Positions 1 to 5,073 of a stretch of 9,980 nucleotides of DNA are shown piece after piece (within the stretch, counting starts at the first letter, position 1; the number at the start of each line of letters is the position of its first letter). The translations under genes were made by a program, and so were the position numbers. Source of the DNA: Candidatus Odinarchaeia archaeon (GTDB taxonomy: Archaea > Asgardarchaeota > Odinarchaeia > Odinarchaeales > Odinarchaeaceae). Below the pieces are notes generated by a model, which was not told the DNA's origin, did no database searches, and worked only from the letters and a program-made list of their open reading frames with translations. Location of the stretch: NCBI GenBank assembly GCA_029856525.1, contig JAHQXC010000050.1, positions 1 through 9,980 of the forward strand. Reading direction: 5' to 3'.

Positions 1-81
1 TCTAAAAAGTATCGTAAACAATTATATTTAGTTGAAAAAAAGCTTTCCACCGGTTTTGAAGACGGGTCTAAACGCTCATAG
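1..81 (+). CDS. 3' end of an upstream CDS (partial, SKKYRKQLYLVEKKLSTGFEDGSKRS*); possibly the steadiness-box C-terminus of an ESCRT-I Vps23/37-like subunit
   Basis: Frame 1 is open from base 1 to TAG at 79-81, directly before the vps28 SD and start. RKQLYL resembles the TSG101 steadiness-box RKQFQL, and the position upstream of vps28 fits. Only 26 aa are visible. Confidence 0.4.
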   Translation, partial: SKKYRKQLYLVEKKLSTGFEDGSKRS

Positions 82-93
82 AAGGTGTTGGTG

Positions 94-807
94 ATGGAGG
101 GGCGGGAGCGTATTTTAAACTCAAGTTCTTTGAAAGAGGAGCTTCAAACTCATACTAGGAGATTAGTGAGTGAAAGGGAGCTTTTAGCCACTGTAGACGA
201 GGCGACTATGAAAAGAATATACGAGCTTGAAGCTGAATTATACGCTAATCTTGCAACGCTTCAATCTATATCAAAGAGTTTTGAGGAGAGTCATATAGAC
301 CCCGCTACTTTTAAACGTCTTCTAAAAGCTCTTATGAAAGCATCTTTTAAAGCTAAACATGAACTTGAGAAACTCGGACTAGATGTTAAAGAGTTTATAC
401 GAAACCACGGGTTTCTAGAAGAATTTAACTTAGCGGTTAAAAACTTGGATTGGAATGTGGAAGCGGATAGCTCAATATATGAGATTCTTTTAGAGTCCCC
501 TGGGAGAATAGCGGTTAAAACATCTGAGGTTGTCTCCAACTTTATCACATTATCCGACTTGGTTAAAATCAGAGCTTCCTGCGAGTTTATCTCCACTTTT
601 TTAAACGAGTTATTCATCGCTTTGAGCAAATACCCTGGGTTCAGTTCAACCCACCCGATTTGTAAAAGAATACTTGAATGGCAGAGTAAATTGAAAGATC
701 TGAATCCCTCCGATAAATTAGATGAGAAAACAAGCTTAGAGCTTGATAATGCTATTCAAATCTGGAAAAGTGAATTCGATAGTATTATTAGAAAAGCATG
801 TTTATGA
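94..807 (+). CDS. vps28: ESCRT-I subunit Vps28 homologue (full length: N-terminal helical hairpin plus C-terminal four-helix bundle)
   Basis: YELEAELYANLATLQSISKSFEESHIDPATFKRLL matches the Vps28 N-terminal pattern (ENLAELYSIIxTLExLEKAYIKDxI). VVSNFITLSDLVKI and ILEWQSKLKDLNPSDKLDE match the CTD (VQxFITxMDxLKL; IxxWLxKLNxMxASDEL). The ORF track starts at GTG 85; ATG 94 is preferred because AGGTG at 83-87 lies 6 nt upstream. Confidence 0.88.
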   Translation: MEGRERILNSSSLKEELQTHTRRLVSERELLATVDEATMKRIYELEAELYANLATLQSISKSFEESHIDPATFKRLLKALMKASFKAKHELEKLGLDVKEFIRNHGFLEEFNLAVKNLDWNVEADSSIYEILLESPGRIAVKTSEVVSNFITLSDLVKIRASCEFISTFLNELFIALSKYPGFSSTHPICKRILEWQSKLKDLNPSDKLDEKTSLELDNAIQIWKSEFDSIIRKACL

Positions 808-820
808 AGAGGTTTTATAG

Positions 821-1552
821 TTGGGTATAAGTGAAATAGAGAGAAGATTAAAAATTAAAAGAGCTTATAATTTAAAGTCTATCGAGTTGAGGCTTATCGA
901 ACTTGTTTCAAACCCCTTGTATAAAGAGAATCCTGAGCGGATTATAGAATGTTTATTCAATGAATTCGGCGTCGACGTGTTTGAAGATAAAAATTTAATT
1001 GAAGCTTTATCAGCGTCTCTTAGAAGCTTAAATATTAATCCTAATAAAATATTCGGCGGATTATTACCTGATAATACGGTGTTTGAGAAAAATATTTTCG
1101 GTAAATTAAAAGTTAACCATAGGAAACTAGGGGAGTTACTTCTCCGCAGAGCCTTTTTATTAAAGAATACTCGGGGCGGATTGTTCACAATCGGAGAGTT
1201 ACTTGAATGGTTTAATAGTAGTGCAGAATATAAGTTACAGGCTGAGGATATATTGAAAGCTGTGAAAATACTTGAAGAAAATAAATTGATCCCGGGGAGA
1301 AAGATTATAGGCGGTAATGTGACGGTTGTTCAATTCCTTCCTTTAGAGTTAACCTTAGACCACCGTTTTATACTAGATCTAGCATGCGCTAAAGGATGGG
1401 TTACTGTTGAAGAGGTTAGTAGAAGTTTAAAATGGCCGCTTGAACGGGTAACCATGGTGCTTGATAAACTCGTCGAGTACGGTTTAGCAAGAGTGGATTC
1501 AAGTTACTCTCACGGTAAAAAATACTATTTCCCAGCTTTTCTAAACAAGTAG
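821..1552 (+). CDS. vps22: ESCRT-II Vps22/36-like subunit (EAP30 tandem winged-helix; Vps22/SNF8-like, no GLUE domain)
   Basis: LGELLLRRAFLLKNTRGGLFTIGEL, EDILKAVKIL, VQFLPLELTLDHRFILDLACAKGWVTVEEVSRSLKWPLERVTMVLDKLVEYGLARVD and YYFPAF closely parallel SNF8 (NGGLITLEEL; QSVPAELNMDHTVVLQLAEKNGYVTVSEIKASLKWETERARQVLEHLLKEGLAWLD; YWLPALF). TTG start with SD GAGGT at 809-813. Confidence 0.92.
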   Translation: MGISEIERRLKIKRAYNLKSIELRLIELVSNPLYKENPERIIECLFNEFGVDVFEDKNLIEALSASLRSLNINPNKIFGGLLPDNTVFEKNIFGKLKVNHRKLGELLLRRAFLLKNTRGGLFTIGELLEWFNSSAEYKLQAEDILKAVKILEENKLIPGRKIIGGNVTVVQFLPLELTLDHRFILDLACAKGWVTVEEVSRSLKWPLERVTMVLDKLVEYGLARVDSSYSHGKKYYFPAFLNK

Positions 1553-1562
1553 TTTTTTAAAA
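1553..1562. terminator. T6/A4 tract between the convergent vps22 and vps25 stops (archaeal oligo-U terminator, possibly bidirectional)
   Basis: TTTTTT at 1553-1558 directly follows the vps22 TAG. AAAA at 1559-1562 gives U4 on the minus strand after the vps25 double stop TAA-TAG (1571-1576). Confidence 0.5.
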
Positions 1563-1573
1563 TATTAAATCTA

Positions 1574-2272
1574 TTAGAATAATATTCTTATATGCATGTT
1601 TTTCTTACTAATCCACTCCGCGCGCTTATTTTTAACTAGAATGTTAAAAATTTTTTTAAAGTCTTCTTTCGACAGCATGTGGAAGTTATCCGGGCTTTCC
1701 TCTAAGTCGATTATCTCAAAAAAAGTCAGCTCTGTTCTACCCTTTTTTAAAGCCCAATTATAGATTACTTCACTCCAATCATTGTAGCTTCTCCAAAAAA
1801 CCCGGATACTTTTACGCTCTTTATCCGTGTACTCGCAGAATTTCCTGTTAACGAGATTATTTAAGATGAGTGTTAACGCTTTACTCTTGTTTTGCAGATT
1901 TGAAAATGGTTTCTCGCTCATAAGCTCAACTAAAGTTATACTATGCAGTTTATTAGTTTTAAACCATTGAAGAGTGAAATCACTCCACTCGTTTAACCAG
2001 TCTTCGAAATCTTCAGTTTTAGTTGGAATAGTATACATCCAAGGATATCGTTCACATTGAACTGCCCAATTAAACCCTTCTCCAGGTATTTGACGGCTTT
2101 CATGTTTTATTACGCTCTCATTTTGTTGAACTGGAATCTTCTTCTCATTCTCTTCTAGATCATCTTCTATATTTTCCTCTCCGGCTTCTAATTCCTCTTT
2201 CAGAATGTTGATCTCCTCTAGCAGCTTATCTCTTCTCCCTCTATTCTTCAACCGCCGCCTGTTAAGCTCCAC
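1574..2272 (-). CDS. vps25: ESCRT-II subunit Vps25 homologue with a ~65-aa charged N-terminal extension
   Basis: FNWAVQCERYPWMYTIP resembles human FEWPWQYRFPPFFTLQP. WSDFTLQW, PFSNLQNK, IRVFWRSYNDWSEVIYNWA, LTFFEI, FHMLSKEDF and KRAEWI match the tandem WH domains (WRRPEEWGKLIYQWV; FTLYEL; FHGLDE; KAEII). GTG start with GAGG 8 nt upstream. Confidence 0.92.
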   Translation of the reverse strand: MELNRRRLKNRGRRDKLLEEINILKEELEAGEENIEDDLEENEKKIPVQQNESVIKHESRQIPGEGFNWAVQCERYPWMYTIPTKTEDFEDWLNEWSDFTLQWFKTNKLHSITLVELMSEKPFSNLQNKSKALTLILNNLVNRKFCEYTDKERKSIRVFWRSYNDWSEVIYNWALKKGRTELTFFEIIDLEESPDNFHMLSKEDFKKIFNILVKNKRAEWISKKNMHIRILF

Positions 2273-2297
2273 GCATAAACCCTCATATTAAATATTT

Positions 2298-3449
2298 CTA
2301 ACTCTTATATTCTGCAGCCCATTCCTCATATTTTTTAATTTCTTCACGGGTTACTACAGGTTTTATCCTATTCAGTGAAGTTAATAAATCATCCATATTT
2401 ACAGGTCGAGGTTTACAGTTGAAGTCTTCAAGTAACCCTTGCCGGTCTAGTTCTCTTATAGGGTTCATAATAGATTCACGGCATATTAACGCTATATCAG
2501 AGGAAGTGTATCCTTCAGATTTCTCGGCGAGTTCATCGAAGTCAACATCTTCATCCAGCTCTACGCCTTTTAAATGATATTTGAAAACTTCTCTTCTAGC
2601 CTCTCTATCAGGTAAAGGAATGTATATTCTTTTTTCGAATCTACGCCTGAAGGCTGGATCTAAATCCCATGGCCGATTTGTAGCACCTAAAACCATAATC
2701 TGACCAGCTTTATTCTCTTTTATACCGTCCATTTCAATAAGCATCTGGGTTTTTAATCTTCTCTCACCTCCAACCTCTTCGTTATCTCTCGTAGAGGCTA
2801 TAGCGTCAATTTCATCGATGAAAATTATCGAAGGCGCATTCTCTCTAGCTGTTTTAAAAAGTGTTTTAATAGTTTTCTCAGATTCGCCAAGCCATTTAGA
2901 TACGAGTGAAGCTGCATCCGCGCTGAAAAACATAGCTTTAGCCTCGCTAGCCACAGCCTTCGATATAAAAGTTTTACCGCAACCCGGTGGACCGAATAAA
3001 AGTATCCCCTTCCAAGGTGTTCTTGAACCTGTGAAGAGATCCGGTCTAAGCATAGGGAGTATTACAGCTTCTCTGAGCGCTTGTTTCGCTTCTTTAAGGT
3101 CAGCTACATCACTCCAGCGGACAGACGGTTTCTCTACTAGAATAGTGTTTGAAACATTCTGGGTTATCTCTTTTTCAGAATCTTTTTCATTGAATAACTC
3201 ATCTGTTTTAATATTAACGGTAGCCGTTCTTCTAAGCTCTTTAGCACGTCTAATATATTGTTCAGCTGTCTTTAAACAAATATTTTTAAGCGTTGAATTA
3301 TCGGTCACCTTGGAGAGTTTAATAAGGACGTCCGCTGCTTTAAGATAGTGTTGAGAAGCCTGCTGCCATTTATTATTTTTATCCAATCTAACAGCTTCCT
3401 TAGCTATTCTAGACGCGGTTTCGAATAATTCACGGCTCATATCCGACAC
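2298..3449 (-). CDS. vps4: Vps4/CdvC AAA+ ATPase (MIT domain, AAA cassette, C-terminal helix)
   Basis: N-terminal MIT (AKEAVRLDKNNKWQQASQHY...QYIRRAKEL). EKPSVRWSDVADL, Walker A GPPGCGKT, pore loop SKWLGESEK, Walker B IFIDEID, Vps4-type arginine finger FRRRFEKRIYIPLP, and C-terminal EEIKKYEEWAAEY. Start is GTG 3449 or ATG 3440. Confidence 0.96.
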   Translation of the reverse strand: MSDMSRELFETASRIAKEAVRLDKNNKWQQASQHYLKAADVLIKLSKVTDNSTLKNICLKTAEQYIRRAKELRRTATVNIKTDELFNEKDSEKEITQNVSNTILVEKPSVRWSDVADLKEAKQALREAVILPMLRPDLFTGSRTPWKGILLFGPPGCGKTFISKAVASEAKAMFFSADAASLVSKWLGESEKTIKTLFKTARENAPSIIFIDEIDAIASTRDNEEVGGERRLKTQMLIEMDGIKENKAGQIMVLGATNRPWDLDPAFRRRFEKRIYIPLPDREARREVFKYHLKGVELDEDVDFDELAEKSEGYTSSDIALICRESIMNPIRELDRQGLLEDFNCKPRPVNMDDLLTSLNRIKPVVTREEIKKYEEWAAEYKS

Positions 3450-3569
3450 TTAATAATATTCTAACTGAACTTCTTTAAATAAACTATGATCTGATTCAAA
3501 CATTTACTGGAATAATTTAAATTCTTAAACGACTATTACATTAAATAAGCTGGTTTAAGGTGTTTTCAA
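3450..3569. promoter_or_regulatory. Divergent promoter region for vps4-vps25 (minus) and ESCRT-IIIA/B (plus)
   Basis: Minus-strand TTTATTTAAAG at 3483-3473 lies about 25-35 nt before the vps4 start, consistent with a leaderless or short-leader transcript. Plus-strand TTTAAATT at 3516-3523 is preceded by purine-rich GGAATAA. SD AGGTG at 3558-3562 precedes ATG 3570. Confidence 0.55.
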
Positions 3570-4181
3570 ATGCCTATTTTAGAGCGGCTTATATCATGGT
3601 TGAGAGGCCCTAAATTATCTGACTTGAATAGAAAACTAGAGGTTGTATGCAGGAAACTTGAACTTGAAAGTTTAAGATTGGATAAACAGGCTAAAAGTAA
3701 TCGAGCTAAAGCTAAAAAAGCACGTTTAGAAGGGGATGAGCAGGCTGCTAAAACATATATAAACCACTATCTTAAATTCAAGAACTCTATTCTTGAAATA
3801 GACTCGTATAGGCTTGGAATAGAAGGGCTTTTAACGGATCTTAGAATGAATGAAGCTGTCAGCGATGTTTCAAAAATTCTAGGGAATCTTAAATATGTTA
3901 TAAACATCGTTAAAAACAGGATTAGAATTCCAGATTTAACTAAAACACTGGAAGAAATAGATAGAAGCATGAAGCATATTAGCGGAGCTAAAGATTTAGC
4001 TGAAACCCGGATTCTATCTATGACTAAAGTAAGCCAGATTCAACAAGAGGATGTTCAAAAGGTTTTAAACGAGATAGACCAGGAGATCGCGGTTGAAGCT
4101 GAGAAATCCCTGCCTGAACCTTCAGGTAAGATCTCCGAACTGGAAAGGGAGATTGAGAAAATGAAGGAGTCTAATGTTTAA
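3570..4181 (+). CDS. ESCRT-III subunit, A-type (Vps2/24/46-like, Snf7-fold)
   Basis: N-terminal amphipathic helix MPILERLISWLRG. Basic helical hairpin (AKKARLEGDEQAAKTY). RIPDLTKTLEEI resembles Vps2 NLPQIQKIMMEF. Acidic C-terminus with SLPEP and a MIM1-like LEREIEKMK. Confidence 0.88.
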   Translation: MPILERLISWLRGPKLSDLNRKLEVVCRKLELESLRLDKQAKSNRAKAKKARLEGDEQAAKTYINHYLKFKNSILEIDSYRLGIEGLLTDLRMNEAVSDVSKILGNLKYVINIVKNRIRIPDLTKTLEEIDRSMKHISGAKDLAETRILSMTKVSQIQQEDVQKVLNEIDQEIAVEAEKSLPEPSGKISELEREIEKMKESNV

Positions 4182-4207
4182 TAGCTGTAATTATTGGAGG
4201 TTTAATA

Positions 4208-4849
4208 TTGGGTTTTTTAAGAAAACTATTCCCTAGTAGAAAGAAATCTAAGGATGAGATACTCGCCGAACTTAGAGCTACTATAAATAGATTCACTTTA
4301 ATAAGCAGACAGTATTATAATAGAGCTGTTGATAGCAGGGATAATGCTAAAAAATGTTTAAGACAAGGAGATGTTGAAACCGCTCGCAGTCAGCTTAAAC
4401 GTTGGAGTAAATATATTGCTCGTTTTAAAAGATACCAGCAACAGGTTGATATATTAGAGGATACTATTGAAAGCATTCACTCCGCTGAGGATGCTGCGAC
4501 AATGCATAAAGCTCTCGAATCAGCTAATATATTATTGTCTAAGTCAGTTGAATTTTTAACTATGGATAAAGCTATTGAAACTAGAATGGAAACCCAGGAT
4601 TTAATTAATGAGATAGAGGCTAAGCAAGAGGAGCTTTCACGGGCTCTTGAAATAGGCGTTGAAGATGAATCTTTCATTGACAGGGAGCTTGAAAAATTAC
4701 AGAACGAGGTGGCTGTTGAAGCAGCCGCCTCTCTGCCTGAGACGCCTAGTGAAACACCTCTAGAGTTATCTGAACGTGACAGAATTAAAAAAGAGGTTGA
4801 AGAGTTGAAAAAAGCGCTTTCAGAAGAGAATTTAGAGGAGAAAGAATAG
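4208..4849 (+). CDS. ESCRT-III subunit, B-type (Vps20/32/60 / Snf7-like)
   Basis: TTG start with a perfect GGAGGT at 4196-4201. MGFLRKLF amphipathic start. Snf7-like segments LRATI, ARSQLKRWSKY, LEDTIESIHSA, EELSRAL and IDRELEKLQNE. MIM2-like SLPETPSETP (compare CHMP6 ELPEVPSEPLP) and a terminal helix RDRIKKEVEELKKAL. Confidence 0.9.
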   Translation: MGFLRKLFPSRKKSKDEILAELRATINRFTLISRQYYNRAVDSRDNAKKCLRQGDVETARSQLKRWSKYIARFKRYQQQVDILEDTIESIHSAEDAATMHKALESANILLSKSVEFLTMDKAIETRMETQDLINEIEAKQEELSRALEIGVEDESFIDRELEKLQNEVAVEAAASLPETPSETPLELSERDRIKKEVEELKKALSEENLEEKE

Positions 4850-4857
4850 GGGGCCAA

Positions 4858-4864
4858 TTTTTTT
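4858..4864 (+). terminator. T7 tract terminating the ESCRT-IIIA/B transcript
   Basis: TTTTTTT starts 9 nt after the ESCRT-IIIB stop, typical of archaeal oligo-U termination. Confidence 0.6.
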
Positions 4865-4866
4865 AA

Positions 4867-4881
4867 CGTAATGTTTATATG
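4867..4881 (+). promoter_or_regulatory. BRE/TATA-like promoter (CGTAATG-TTTATATG) with no long ORF directly downstream
   Basis: TTTATATG at 4874-4881 is a near-consensus archaeal TATA box. Usual spacing puts the TSS at about 4903-4906, exactly where the GC-rich structured segment begins. Confidence 0.45.
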
Positions 4882-4904
4882 AGTGTATCTTTTAAAATAG
4901 GATT

Positions 4905-5006
4905 GATGCGGGGTTCAAGCGCCCTAAGACTCCTGCTTTATGAAGCTGCCCGGTTAAATCTGGTAGCCTCATTTTAAGCGGGAAGCGTTCAACCGTTGAA
5001 CGCACA
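4905..5006 (+). ncRNA. Candidate structured ncRNA or miniature IS200/IS605-derived (omegaRNA-like) element
   Basis: 53 G+C in 101 nt (4905-5005) between very AT-rich flanks. Hairpins at 4908-4936, 4945-4967, 4968-4982 (degenerate) and a perfect 8-bp stem at 4985-5003. Upstream TATA. TTGAT at 4903-4907 and TTCAA at 4988-4992. Confidence 0.4.
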
Positions 5007-5013
5007 CTTGAAC

Positions 5014-5044
5014 TATATAAAAGTGGAATTAAAGTTAATTCCAC
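5014..5044 (+). promoter_or_regulatory. ssb promoter TATA (TATATAAA, 5014-5021) followed by a perfect inverted repeat GTGGAATTAA-AG-TTAATTCCAC (5023-5044), a likely operator
   Basis: 10-bp arms with a 2-nt spacer lie between the TATA box and the predicted TSS (~5044-5047), about 30 nt before ATG 5074. Confidence 0.6.
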
Positions 5045-5073
5045 GTTAAAAATTCGATACGAGTTGAGTATGA

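Noticed and set aside
4208-4231. Gly2 of ESCRT-IIIB (MGFLRKLF) as a CHMP6/Vps20-like myristoylation site
   Set aside because: N-myristoyltransferase is not an established archaeal activity. The segment is adequately explained as an amphipathic membrane-insertion helix.
4908-4924. GGGTTCAAGCGCCC resembles a tRNA T-arm
   Set aside because: The T-stem register does not close correctly, and no D-arm, anticodon arm or acceptor stem can be built.
4985-5009. Hairpin followed by ACA (5004-5006), suggesting an H/ACA sRNA
   Set aside because: No K-turn/K-loop motif or convincing pseudouridylation pocket 14-16 nt upstream of the ACA could be identified.
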